64,000 bases of DNA from the human T2T-CHM13v2.0 reference genome, Homo sapiens. Location of the stretch: assembly GCF_009914755.1 (NCBI RefSeq), contig NC_060925.1, one strand, 5' to 3'. A model generated the notes under the pieces. It made no database searches. It was not told where the DNA came from and worked only from the letters and a program-made list of their open reading frames with translations. Each line of letters begins with the position of its first letter. Position 1 is the first letter of the stretch. Both the position numbers and the translations under genes were made by a program. This document shows positions 1 to 16,239 of the stretch, piece by piece.

Positions 1-339
1 TTTTAAGGAGACACATAGGCAGAACATGTAGATTCTACCCTGAAGAAACTTGTAGCCTAGTGGGTGGTAACAGAAAAAAGTTAAGAAAAGTTGTGTTTCA
101 GTAAAATGAGGAAATTGTATTCTGCATAGATGTCAAGTAGGTAGGTCAGAGAGGAGAACATCGCCAGGCCGTTGAAATTTTCAACACTGTGTTAACAGAT
201 TCAAAAAGAAGACAAATTATTGTATAAGAAAGTCACAATGCAGCAAGACGGAATAGATAACATTGTAATTGTTGCCAAAGCTGTAATCAAAGAAGAGGCT
301 TTGCTTTTATGTGGGATGTTTATTGTCTATCTAGTTCTT

Positions 340-652
<313 letters not shown>

Positions 653-730
653 ATTGTCTATCTAGTTCTTAATTCAGTATTAGGGAAGGAAGGTGAAATG
701 TTTTTGGCCCTCCTTGGCCACCCTTATTCC

Positions 731-826
731 TTGCCATAAGATAAAGAAAGGATATTTCTTCTCACAGTAGGAGGATGATTGCCATAAGATACAGAAAGAA
801 TATTTCTCCTCACAGTAGCAGGATGA
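731..826. repeat. 48-bp tandem duplication (2 copies, 4 mismatches)
   Basis: ttgccataagataaagaaaggatatttcttctcacagtaggaggatga (731-778) vs ttgccataagatacagaaagaatatttctcctcacagtagcaggatga (779-826). Confidence 0.9.
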
Positions 827-1709
827 TTAACCTCAAGTCCTGGGTCACACTAAAGGCAGTAAGAATGAGTAAGAAAGGAGGAGGCACATCAAGAAAAGAA
901 TGTACCTCTTTTTCCCTTTTCCCAGAGCCGTGGGTGCACCCTATTCATTTATCTTCTGTCATTTGGTTAAAGATAGGAGTTTCCAGACTGAACTGTTGTC
1001 TCAGCGGAGAAAATTAGGATAAGTTTGGGGTTCACAGTGAAATGTGAGAAGTACAGGAAACAGAAAAAAATCAAGATACAAGCATAGAGACAAAAAGGAA
1101 ACAAGGAAGAAAAATTGAGGCCTCCTCAATCCACCACCATCAATAAGACCTTTCTTCTTAAAAGACAAGGACCACGTGGAAACACTGTTTTCCTTTCCCA
1201 TGGAACAAGCAAAATGCTTTATAAATAGGGCTCAGTAAAGAATTAGCACAAAAGAATGCTAAAATTACACTTAAAAATGGTTTAAAGCAAAAAAAAAAAA
1301 AAAGCTTAAAGCAATAACCCAAGATGGTAAGATAAACAGCAAAAACATTTCAAAGGATGAGCTCTAGTCTTTCTGGCATCTTCATGTTCTGTTTAAGAGA
1401 AATGAGGGTCCAGGAAATAACTGGGACTTGGAAAGTGTCTGGCCATGTTCTTTCTGTCCCACCTGGAGCACAAAGGGAACCTTGTCATTGGACAAGAAAA
1501 GGCAAGTACTTGCCTTTTCCATGTGGGTCTCCTTATTTCCTCAACTGGTGATTTTATTCAGTGGCTCATCAAAACATTGATGTGTCTTGACAGCTCTTGA
1601 ACTAATTCAGACCTCTGCTGTGAGGAGTTGGAGCCACATTTGGTAACAATGCAGTATGTTGTACTGGAAGATAAATTGATTTACAAGTAATCTCTCCTTT
1701 CTCAGAAAC

Positions 1710-1847
1710 ATGATTCCCGTGACAGAATTCCGGCAGTTCTCTGAGCAGCAGCCTGCCTTCCGAGTGCTGAAGCCATGGTGGGATGTGTTTACCGATTACC
1801 TCTCAGTAGCCATGCTCATGATCGGCGTGTTTGGATGTACTTTACAG
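1710..1847 (+). CDS. LRRC8C: LRRC8C first coding exon (aa 1-46: N-terminus and TM1); exon starts at 1706
   Basis: Acceptor tctctcctttctcag|aaacATG. Translates [46 protein letters not shown] (LRRC8 N-terminus with LKPWWDVF). Donor CAG|gtaggt at 1847/1848, phase 0. Too short to appear in the ORF track. Confidence 0.98.
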
Positions 1848-3159
1848 GTAGGTGCCTAGATCCCTGGCAAAATGGGGGCCAGAGCAAAGCACAAGTCATT
1901 GAAACCTCTTTAGGGAGCTGGCTGTGTGATTTTTAACCATGTAAGTATTAGTCACTGTTCTCTGTGGATGTATTTGTAATCATAGCAGAGAACCTGAAAC
2001 ACCTATTTACTGGGATTTCCTAATACGGTAAATATGGTACTTGAAAGATTTCAATGAGCCCAAAGAGCAATTGACTGTAGTCAAGTAATGTCTGATGTCA
2101 CTAACATCAAAGGGGGCCCCTTATCTTTCCAAATTGGCTTCACAGTGAAATGTAACATATGTCCAGCACCATTGATACTGCCAAAGTGGAACTTTTTGCT
2201 TTTATTCATCCTTTACCCTTACCCCTAATAAGATTTTCTGGAAGAACTAAAATTTTGATGAGATATCATTATTTTACTGAATGTTTAGTTCTGAATTTGA
2301 AAAGAACCCAATAAAAATTTATGTAGATGCCATGTATTTATGTATTGAATCCAGGTATTTTTTACATAGCTGCTATGTTCCAGGTACCATACTTTGAGGA
2401 CATGGATACATATAAGTAGTTCATTTCTAGGGGAGAAATAAATAAACTAGCAATCAAAATAACTTGTGTTATACTTTGATAGAGGTGTCCATAAGGCACT
2501 AAGGGAATGCTGAAGAGAAACCCTCATTTTGGTTTGGGAATAAGAGAAAAGGTGATGGTTGAATTAAAACTTGGAGAACCAGCTAAAGTTAGTCAAGAAC
2601 CTCTCCTTAGCTGAAAGTAAGAGGACACCAAGAGGAGAAAAGAAAGCTCTGAGTCATGGATGTGAGAAAGAACATGACATCTTTGGGAAACTGTCAGTAG
2701 AACTGGCACATATAGGGTGTTGATATAAGAGCTGAAGCCATGCTTGCAAATGGACTCATCCAGGGAGAATGTGATGAGGAAGATAGTGTCAGTAATAACA
2801 TTAAAGAGTAAATGGAGAAGGAAGTGGGGCCCTTGAAGAAGACTGAGAAGGGGCAGCCATAAGGACAGATGAAAACCAGGAGAGAGGCATAGGTCAGAAG
2901 CCAAAGGAAGCCATGGACAATGATGGCAGCCAACACAACTAACTCATGGACTAAGAAGAGGAAAGTAGCAACTACGTCATTAGAAATCTTAGGTCAGTGG
3001 TTGGAAAACTGAATGGAAATCAACGTATTATAGAAGCTATGGGGTAGATGTGATTTTTCGGGTAGATCAGCTGGAAAAGAAGGTATAGGGAGAAAGAGAA
3101 ATCACTAGAAGTGGTACAGAGCGAAAATAAAGTACTTTTAAAAGTTGGCCTTAAAAATA

Positions 3160-3395
3160 GTGAACACATACTGCTTCCTATGTGTCAGGAACTCTTTTGA
3201 ACACTTTACATGTATTTTAACAAATGTCATCCTCATGACAACTCTTATATATAGGTTCTATTACTAGCCTCACTTACAAATGAGACACCTGAGGCACAGA
3301 GAGGTTAACGATCCTCCCAAGGTGAGTATTGAAGCCTTTATTCAATCCAGGTGATTTGGTTCCAAAGTTCCTGCTCTTAGTCCCTCACACCATGC
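3160..3395 (-). mobile_element. MIR
   Basis: MIR core ttacaaatgagacacctgaggcacagagaggttaa. Confidence 0.7.
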
Positions 3396-3488
3396 TGTCT
3401 TTTATTTGGTCACTGAAAATATCTTTCCCCCTCCCCTCCAACAAAGGGTGCCAGTGAGAAGTTATTGTCTAAAAAAAGGGGCATAAAT

Positions 3489-5620
<2,132 letters not shown>

Positions 5621-6619
5621 TTGGGGTGGCTAGCTTGGGAAATAGTAGAGGAAGGTGACATAGATTAGCGGGAGCACTATCAACCTGTCTTTATTACTGT
5701 GCCATGGCTCAGAGCGCTGCTGCAGGATCTGCCTAACAAGCACACGGAATTGTTTCTCTTGTTTACACATTCCATGGCAGGATGAAAAGAGAAAGAACAC
5801 AGAAAATCTTTTAAATAAATAGTTAACTTGCAATGAAATGAATGAAAATAAGAGTGTACCTATGAAAATGTCTATAATGAGCATCATTTAGGAGATGTGC
5901 CTGCGGTAAGTTCAGGAGGGAATTCAAGCACAAGCTAAACCTCTTTTCCTGTGTGCTGGTCAGAATCATCTTCCTGCAGCACAGCCCCACAGTGTCTCTC
6001 TACAGTCCAGAAGGCTTTTGGGCTCCCCGCTGACCAGCCTTCTCAGCACCACCACTCTTACCTCGCACAATCAGTGGCTCCTGCTCAGACAGGTTAACTA
6101 ACCTGGGCCCTTCACACATAGGCCTTTTTCATCTCTTCAGCCGTTAAAAAGAAATCTGATGCCAGTTGACTGGGTACAAGAAGTGTTGTCTGAGATGACA
6201 AGGTTCTGAGAAAAAGTGAGATGCCAAAAGAAATATTGCTTCAGAATATGAAGGCTGCAGGGCACAGAATTCATACGGGGTGGACTACTCAATTCAACAA
6301 ACAATCCTGTGCATCAGCAATATATCAGACACTCTGTGGGGTGTTAGATGCTAAAAGAAAAACAGCACAGCCCATGCCTTCAGATTGCTAATTGTCTGAA
6401 GACCATAGAAACACATAAGCAATGTTTTCCAATATGTAAATGCCTTAATGGTGCCTCAAGAGCATCAAATATGATGTTGTCATCTCAGTCACTGGAAGTG
6501 AGGGACTCAAGAAGATAATTGAGTGAAGTCTCAAAGAATGAATATACAAAACCAAAATATATATTTTAATAAGACGCATGAAGGGGAAAACTCAGCATTA
6601 ACAGAATATTTAGTGTGAT

Positions 6620-6789
6620 CATTTTACAAAGCCCTCATGGATTGGCACAGTGACCGGAGGGCCCAGATGGCATTTTTCGGAGAGGGTGGGGTCAGGGATA
6701 TTAAACATCCTGCAATCGGTGGGACATTCCCACACAGCAGAATTGTTTTATCCAGAATGCTAATAGCACATCCATGGAGTAACACTGGC
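6620..6789. mobile_element. MER20-like hAT-Charlie fragment
   Basis: aaacatcctgcaatc...cacagcagaattgt...aatgctaatag...aacactgg resembles the MER20 terminus. Confidence 0.45.
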
Positions 6790-8881
6790 AAGAGAACCTG
6801 TGCTAGAATCTGTATGTACTTTATTTAGTTCCCAGAACAAACCTGTGAAAGTAGATTAGTCCCATTTTTCAGATGAGAATTCCAAAGTGTAGAAGGTTAG
6901 ATAACTTGCCCCAAAGCCAAGAGGGATGCAGCTGAGATTCCAATCTTAGGCTGATTCTCCATGAGGCGTCTGTCACCCCTGTGCACACTGCTATCAAATA
7001 TTATGGAACCATCACAATTGCACAGATTGTGAGGGCAAGGTTTGGCTTATAAAACAGGATTTTCAGTGTAAAAGCAAGTACAAAATGATAAAAAGAGAAA
7101 ATCGTTACAAAAAGTATCAATTTTATGAATTATAAATTAAAATTTTAAGGGGCATTCACTATATACCTGCTATTTAAAAAGAAAAATTTGCACTCTATAG
7201 TGAGCATTAACAAAACAAGAAAGAATGCATGGTACAAATTATCAAAGTAAAACTACCTAGGATCCATATAACAAATTAATGTTCCATAGGGGAAGAATTT
7301 AAGCTCTTATTTTAGCTCTGCTATGATAATCCACTAAAAATGGCTTAATGACTGATAACTTTATAAACAAAGGATTCTCTGTGAAGCTCAAGTTCCTTTC
7401 TCATTCCCAAGGCGATGTTAAAATTGTTAAAATATATTTTTATGTCTTGATTTTCCACTTGTAAATTGAAAGTGTATCATTCTTTCTGATCTTATTTACA
7501 AAGCAAGTTAACTCCTATATTGGAATACATGACAAGGCAAAATCTAAGGTGAAGTTAGAAGAACACTCTTTGATGATAAAATAGTAATCCAACAGCTTTT
7601 AGAGTAACTATTTTGTAAGTTGCTTTTTTCATGTCAAGTTAACAGTTGATATCTGTTTACTCCTAAAAGATTGTATTCATATAGGTTCAACACTACTCAG
7701 CTTGGAAAATACTGGGGGATTAAGGAGATTATTTTCTATCAAGGGGATGTTGATTCTTTCTTGCACTTATGTAAAAGGATTAGAACCAGCACTTTTGCCT
7801 TACTTGTCTGACAAATATTTATTCATTTCTGAGCAAGTAGCTCTTTTCAAGGCTGCCATGAAATAAGAGCATGTATAAAGAGCATTCCTTAGATTACATC
7901 AATCCACATAAGAACAAATATAAACTCACTATAAGCCAGGAGAGTGTAGGAGTATATGTGTCTGTCCTATTCCTGTACAGTCATACACCCTCAAGGACCA
8001 ATAGTGTAAACACCCAACTTTGTGCTATAAACAACACTATTCAAAAACTCAACACATTCAACAAAATAGACCATATCCTGAAAGGTCAACACGTTGCTTC
8101 CTGGAAAAATAAGATTGCTTTAGATCTCTGCTCAGTGACTCCAGGTTATCTTATTATGACCAAATCCAAAACAGCCCATGGGCAGACCGTTACCAAATAT
8201 AGAATTAGCAGTTAGAAACCAGAAACAGGAACTGGAAGATGCAAGCCCCCTGGAAGCCCTAGGGGACCTGCCTTGTGATTGTGACATAGAAAAGACATTT
8301 CCTGCTTTCTGAATTTGGAGGGGAAAAAAGAATTATTTCAATGACAAAGCCACCTACAAAAAAATCCTGGAAGATTTAACCCAATCACTAGGAGCGAAGT
8401 GGCCAGCAGGGTCACACTATCAAAAAGGTTAGGACATGTGAGTTTTTTGGTTAGAGCTGATCCCCGCTTTGATTTTTAGGGCATACTGAAATTAATTTCT
8501 ACTTCTCTGATTTAGAGCCATCAATGTCAGCTCCATGACAAATGACCTTCAGGTGAAAATGCTCATAGGCAGTTCACTGGAAAGTACAGGCAATCAGAAT
8601 TATAGATTCCAGAATGATATCAGAAGACTTCATTTTGACAATGTGCCCTGAATTCTTGCTTCTACTCCCCCCATGCAGTCATCTGCTGTATACTGTCTGG
8701 GATTTCTAGTAGATCTTTTTCTTTGGCCAAATTTGAATTTTATAGATAGAAGCCCAGAAATTCTTACTTAGAATCAGTAATACTGATTACATCAGAATAC
8801 TGATGAAATCACAGATAGAAGTGAAGGCTTAAAATCAAGACCTCATCTCAGATATGTTCCTTTTCTTTTATCTTTTCTTCC

Positions 8882-9189
8882 TTTTTTTTTTTTTTTTTTT
8901 TTTTTTTTTGAGACAGAGTCTCACTCTGTCACCCAGGCTGGAGTGCAGAGGCGCGGTCTCGGCTCACTGCAACCTCTGCCTCCCAGTTCAAGCAATTCTC
9001 ATACCTCAGCCACCTGAGTAGCTGGGTTTACAAGCATGCACCACCACACCCAGCTAATTTTTGTATTTTTAGTGGAGACAGAGTTTAACCATTTTGGCCA
9101 GGTTGGTCTTGAACTCCTGGCCTAGAGTGATCCACCCACCTCAGCCTTCCAAAGTGCTGGGATTACAGGTGTGAGCTACTGCACCGGCC
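8882..9189 (-). mobile_element. AluS
   Basis: Poly(T) followed by a reverse-complement Alu dimer. Confidence 0.92.
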
Positions 9190-9674
9190 CAGTTGTATAA
9201 AGTTTCCATGTACCCACCTTACATCTCCGTTCTACTAGGGTCTTTGGGGAATATAAAACAAAAATTATTTAGATAGTGAAAATAATTGTAAAGAGCAACC
9301 TTTGTCATCTCTGTGGGGATGGTAGTGAATGGTGTGAAAGAAACACTATTTCAAAACCTCTGTTACATCTAGTATCAAAAATATGCCTTAGTTGGGACCT
9401 TCTTTTTATGGTGGTTTATTTGAACTGACACTTTTGATCTTCCCTAGAATTTTACTTCTTGTCATCTATCACCTTGACAATTTTATGTGGACTGAATTCC
9501 AATTTTATGTGGACTGTATACAGGGTGGTTATAGGAATACAGGAATAAATTATATTCCAGGGAGAAAAAAGTGATATGGTGTATTACAGAAGATAAGACT
9601 TGTGGGGCATGGTAACATTCTACAGATGTCCACTTGGGGGTTTCTAGCAAACAAGGACTTTCAGCTCTGCTTCA

Positions 9675-9815
9675 TTTTGTTTCGTTTGTTTTGTTATTTT
9701 GGAGACGAGTTCTCACTCTGTTGCGCAGGCTGCTTTGAAACTCCTGGGCTCTAGTGATCTTCCTGCCTCAGCTTCCTGAGTAGCTGGGATTACAGGTGCG
9801 TGACACCATGCCCAG
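9675..9815 (-). mobile_element. FLAM / Alu left monomer
   Basis: Monomer-length Alu sequence aaactcctgggctctagtgatcttcctgcctcagc. Confidence 0.7.
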
Positions 9816-9816
9816 C

Positions 9817-10093
9817 TTCTTTTTTTTTTTTTTTTTTTTTTGAGATGGAGTCTCACTCTGTCACCCAGGCTGGAATGTGTGCATTGGCATGATCTCACTG
9901 CAACTCCACTTCCCGGGTTCAAGTGGTTCTCCTGCCTCAGCTTCCCTAGTAGTTGAGATTACATCCATGCACCACCACACCCAGCTAATTTTTGTATTTT
10001 TAGTAGAGACGGGCTTTCACCATGTTGGCCAGAATGGTCTCAAACTTCTGACCTCAAGTGATCCACCCGCCTCAGCCTCCCAAAGTGCTGGGA
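9817..10093 (-). mobile_element. 5'-truncated AluS inserted at the FLAM head
   Basis: Alu ends at caaagtgctggga; TSD ccatgcccagctt on both sides. Confidence 0.88.
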
Positions 10094-10146
10094 GCCCAGC
10101 CCATGCCCAGCTTTTTTGTTATAATAGCACTTCCTGTTTCTAATAA

Positions 10147-10480
<334 letters not shown>

Positions 10481-11689
10481 TAGTGACATTTTTCATCATG
10501 TAATGACAAGTTCAAAATGTTAAGTTTCCTAAGAAGTGTTTGAACTACTGGCAGTAATAGGGTCAGCTATCTTAAAATAGAATTGGCATCTCCCTACTCA
10601 AGTTATTTTAGTTCTTAAAAGCTGGTGAGATTCTTTGCACTGATATCCAAAGCTGGGGCTATGTGACCTTAAGTTCAATATGTTAACTTACTGTTTAGGA
10701 TGTTGATGTTAAATGTTATAGGTGATAGATATTGGACTCAGAAAATGCTTAATGCAAGCTGAGACAGTGTTGTAGTGATATTCACTTGTAGAACACTTGT
10801 ATGCATGATTATATCAGTTAGTAGTCACTTAATTTTATATTTTTAGAATTCTGCAAAAATCTTTTGTCTAATAAATAGGCCATCAACTATCTCATCATTT
10901 TACCTTGTAAGAAACCTTATATGCTCACTGGAAATAGAAAACCTGGATTTAAAAAAAATAATAATTTCAGCTAGATCAAGTTAATTTAAAGAGAAAAAAC
11001 AAAATCTTTCCCCAAAACTTCAAACAGAAAACATGGGCTCTCTCATATGCTCTTAGTATGAGTTTAGGTGAAACACATGGCTTTTCTGAGGCCCAGTTTT
11101 ATAAAATGAGCAGGATAGGCATCACTTCCATTTTACAGTTTTATTGTGAAAAAAATGGTGATAAAATAGAAATGTATTGTTTTTAGTCTCTTTAGAAACT
11201 GTAGACCTCAAAATGTCTTCTCTGGGCAATTACTCTGATCCTCCCCAATTGAAAAACAAAACAAAAAACTGCCTTCTCTTCATTTGGGGCATCTTCATAT
11301 AGTCATAAGTGTGATTAGTTGAGTCTTGACAAACAGAGATTGAGAGAGGTCTTGAATCCAGGACCAAATGCCCTAATTCTGATAGCTACCTACATCTGTC
11401 TCCCAGAAGACTTTGCAGGAGCTATACAGACATAGTGGACAAGATCAGGCAGAAGAACATTTAATTAAAGCTAAGGTTCTGGCCCTAAACCACATTATCA
11501 GTTTCCTGGTGAGCTAGGCCACACTTCAGATAAGTCTCAAGCACTTTCTTTGCCTAAGCTCTGAAAAATCTACGTACCTGCAAAAAAAGTGGGGGTGTGG
11601 TAGGGAGTTCTGAAAAAAACTCCTTAGCTTCTTTTTCTACACCTTAATCTCTGCTGTGCTCAGGTCAAAGAAAGGTAATCTGAGTAAAG

Positions 11690-11758
11690 AACAGACAGAG
11701 GGGAGAGGGGAAGGGGAAGGGGAAGAGAGAAGAGGGAGGAAGAGAGAGGGGAGAGAGA
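11690..11758. repeat. GA-rich polypurine tract with G4 motif
   Basis: ggggagaggggaaggggaagggg followed by (GA)-rich sequence. Confidence 0.8.
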
Positions 11759-14245
11759 TATTGATTTATTATTGATTCTTCCTAAAGGTCATCTGAACAA
11801 TCCTCTTCAGGCCCTCCTAGGCTACCATCAACTTCCCAGAGAGAGGCAGCTTCAAACCTGTTGTGTCACATCAGTTTTAAGGAAAAAGGGAGACTTCCAA
11901 ATGATGACTCCCTTTAGAAGCTCTAAAGAGAGAGTCAAAACAGACTGGTCCCAAGGAGAAACAACCCCTTGTGACACCAGAGTTCAGTCCTTTTCCTTAA
12001 AGGTCACCATCTCTATCAAGCCCTCTTTCACCTAGAAAGAAGTAAGGAGGAGCAAAGAAGAGTCTTTTCTCCCCAGAGATCAGCCATTATCTGGATGATT
12101 CAGAAAAATGGAAAAGTGCGTAGATGAAATTCTCCCTCTATAGGTAAAAGACCTGTTTGTCTGAAATGTGTGGAACCTGTCTTATCCAAATTAATATTTA
12201 TGGAATCCAAATAATCTTAACTTCTAAAAATTATAATAATGATTGAAAAAAAAATCACTTGCCATCCAGCACACATAAATGACTAACAAGTGCCATGACT
12301 CTTGCTTTAACTGCAAGCCTTCTATGATGCCATAACAAATTATGGATATTATCTTTTAAGGATGACACTATCTATTCCTTCATGTAGATTGGACCACAAC
12401 CTGGCAGTTGATATCATCTCACTTGGGGAGATATTTTTATTTGCTAAAAATAAATAGCAAATTATTTTCCAATTATTATAGTAAATTTCTAAAATAATCA
12501 TTTAAAAATATCCTTTTAGAACAGTTTTATTTGCATGCTTCCCATATTTAGAATTCTGTATCTTTGTCCTGTTCATACATCGAAGATAATCTGGATGATT
12601 TATGTTTCTCTTTGAACTCTCCCAATTTCTTTTATTCTACTCCTGCTCACAGATTTATCAGTAAACTGCAGGGTTTCTAGAGCTAAGTCAGCTGAGTACA
12701 GAACTGAGGTTTCAGTCCCTGGGCATTGCTTCAAAAAGAGTTTTTCCTGTATTATTTTAAGAGCATAATTACAGATAAATATTTCAAATTCTTCAAACAA
12801 CCGAAACAAATAGTCTGTTATAAATCAAAACATGTTCTGTGTTATGTATCCATTGAATTTTCTCACATGGTTGTTACTTTGAAATGGATGCTTTCCACAT
12901 AGATCTTAAATTGCCATGGATCAAATAATTCACTGGTCTTTATGGCTTATGGAAAAATGCCATGAAGCAGAATGAGAAGAAGCTGCTTCAAATCTCACCC
13001 ACCCCCTTCATTTCTGAAAAATTTTTTTTGTAATTCCTTGTTTGGCCTAGAGAAGCTTTCTTCAAAAGAAGAGGGGAAAAAAAACAATGTGGATACAACC
13101 AAGATAGAGGTAATAAAAGCATCCTTGATGGCTGGAAACCTTCAGTTTAATGAAGGGTTAAAAAAATGAACATTAATAGTATGTATTGTCATTCCCACCC
13201 TCAGAAAAGTTAGTATGTCAATATTTACAGTGATAGGAGAATCGTATTTACTAAGCAAAATTTCAAAATGTAGACATGATTCTAATGTGGATATGATGGT
13301 TTCTTTTTTACCTAGGAATAAACAGACCATGTGTCCCAAATCTGGTACTCTCTTTGTGTCTCTTAAATGAGTTAGCACTTAACTCTGGCTTTAGGAATCA
13401 CTAGACTGATATCACTTGGCAGTTAGGAGAGTGTGCAAAACGAATTGTTTCATGTCAGAAGAAGGTAGCTAGAGGTCAAATATTTCCAGATGTTCTCTGG
13501 CATCTGAATATATGAATGCATATGCTTGCCTTAGCTGTGGTTTGTTCCTCCTTAGGGATATGGGGGACAGTGTTTGTTTTATTTATTCACTTCATATTTA
13601 TTGCGTACCTACTTTGTGCCAGGCAATGAAAACTAAGCATGGTGTCTATCTTTAAAGAGCTTACTGGTCCTTATACTGTTATTTGTTCTGTATAATGATT
13701 TAAGATATGCTGTAGCTTTTTTAGTGCTTAATCTTTCTATCAGTGACATTTAATGTTCCTCAGGCATTTCTCACGGTGCATAACTCAAGGAGTTTCACTT
13801 GATACTAGCCTTTAATTATGTATTAATAAAACCTGTATAAAAGTACCATTATACTTTACCACTGAGAAAATCCATAAGTTCAGAAATCTAAGTTTTAATG
13901 CACTTATCTCTTCAATCCCTTGGATTTTTTTCCCCAAGCACTCCATGCCTCAAATGTGCCAAGGTATGATTTTTTTTTCCCTTTCTTATTGCTGTTGGAG
14001 AAATAGGCAACTAATAAAAACAGACCTTTTACTCTGCTCTTGTAAATACCTTAGACTTTGGCAGTTTGCCTTAGACTGGTTTTTCTCTCACTTTACTATA
14101 TGGGTGTAAACTTCCTCCCTGTACAGTGTGTTATTTCCTGGCCATGATATAAATGTTAAGCATCATCATCATTAAAAATAAGGGAGATTCAGACAAGTCC
14201 CGAAGGTGGAAAAAAAAAGAAATTAAAAAAGAGAGAGAGAGAGAT

Positions 14246-14800
14246 GATCCAAACAATGGAATGCTATATAGTGCTAAAAATAAAAAATAAAAAATAAACG
14301 GTCAAGCTATGAAAAGACATGGAGGAACATTAAATGTACATTGCTAAGTGAAAGAAGCTAATCTTAAAAGGATACATGCTGTATGATTCCAACTGTATTA
14401 TATTCTGGAAAAGGCAAAACTACAGACAGTAAAATATCAGTTGTTGCTTAGAAAGGACAAAGGAGGGGAGGGATAAGTAGGTATAGCTCAGAAGACTTTT
14501 AGGGCAGTGAAATGACTCTGTAGGATATTACAATGGATACATGTTGTTATACATTTGTCCAAATCTTTATCCAACACCAAGAGTGAACCCCAAGGTAACT
14601 GTAGACTTTGGATGACAGTGATGTGTCAATGTAGGTTCATCGATTGTAACAAATGTACCACTGTGGTTGAGCTTGGTGATAATGGGGAGGGCTATACATG
14701 GATGGAGGTAGGGAGCATTTGGGAAATCTCTGTACCTTCCTTTCAATTTTGCTGTGAACCTAAAGCTGCTCTAAGAAAATTTAAAAAGTCTTTTTAAAAA
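14246..14800 (+). mobile_element. L1MC (L1MC2-like) 3' end
   Basis: aaagacatggaggaacattaaatg...ggaaaaggcaaaact...gggaaatctctgtaccttcc...gctgtgaacctaaa. Confidence 0.75.
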
Positions 14801-15681
14801 GTAGAAGAAAAGAAGAGAGCATGTGCACAGCAAACAGGAAATGATGCCACATACTTGCAGTTTTGCTTTTCCATTTCTGTTGGAGACAAGGACGGTGTTC
14901 GTCCTGATGATAGTGATGCAGCATGTGTGGTTCTCATAGATGTCTATTTCTGTGCTCCTGTGGCGATTGCCCCCAAATATGCTTATAGTCAACATAATGC
15001 ACAGCAAGAGTTGTGAATAAGACATTTGCTAAGAATGAAAGCATTTAAATATTCACTCCTTCAGAGCCATCTACTCTGCCTTTTCAGTTCCTTTTCATTC
15101 TCATTCTCACCAACATTTTTTGTACTTAAAATATTTTCAATAGTTCAGCCTTGAAACACAGTCTACATTTTCAGAGTTAATTCTATCACTGATGAGGGGA
15201 ATCAATCTCATGCGTTTGGACAACGAGTGCTTTCTTTGTCCTCTAGCATCTTGTATCTTGGGGAAAGTGCTTAGTCAAGTTTGTACATTAACTGATAACT
15301 TAGTGACATGAAAATTAATTCCTTTCCCTTCTATTTCTATCCCTTTGCCCAGGAGAAATGGGTCTACCTCAGAAAAGAAGAGTGACACTCCATCTTTTCA
15401 GTCTTTCTCCCTCTCTCTCCCCAAATGCATCCTTTTGCTCCTGCCTCTGGAACCACAGGCTCTAACCTAGTAGCTTCAAGTCCCAAGTGAAGTTCCTTCT
15501 ACTCCGCCAAGCCTACCCTGCTTACTCCAAGCCTGAGCTCTTACTGTAGATATTGCCATATTTGTGCTCTCGTTTGATTTTTCATGTGGCTGTTTATGTC
15601 CCTCTAGCAAGATTGCAAGTGCTTTTAGAACAGCAAATACTGGCTATGCCTCTTTGGTTTTCCTATGACGCTTAGCATGTA

Positions 15682-15761
15682 TTACGTTGGCACAAAACTA
15701 ATTGTGTTTTTTGCCATTACTTTCAACGGCAAAAACCACAATTACTTTTATGCCAACCTAA
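15682..15761. mobile_element. MADE1 (Hsmar1-derived 80-bp MITE)
   Basis: ttacgttggcacaaaactaattgtgttttttgccatt-actttc-aacggcaaaaaccacaattacttttatgccaacctaa; 80 bp, palindromic, TA duplication at 15680-15681 and 15762-15763; sits inside an L2 3' fragment. Confidence 0.92.
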
Positions 15762-16239
15762 TAGTAGATAGTAGGTATTCAATATGTTTCTGTTGGTAAA
15801 GGATAGCCTGCTCTTATCTCTGAACAATCCCTGGAGAATAGATCTTTGGGATGTGATTTTGCTATATCCTTCTTAGGTCAACAGGGAAAACTTGGTTTGT
15901 TCCGTCAGACTGGGGGCAAGTCTAGATGATCAACTTCAGGGTAGAAATCTTTGGTACTACCTATATTTGAATCAATGAGGTGGAGGGAGGATGAAGCATA
16001 AACTTAACTGCCTTATATTGGCCACTTGCCTTTTTGTGGCTCCACTCTACCTGTTTGGATCAAATCTGTCATAACCAAGTTAAAGTACTGTCTTTTTAAA
16101 GAATAAGACACAATCTAAAGACTACATCTGGATCACAAGTTAACATATTGGAATGGTACCACCTATTTTATCATACACTGCAAATTTTCTTACTTCCTCT
16201 TCCTATAACAATATAATCATAGCTGTGTTTTAAAGTCCA

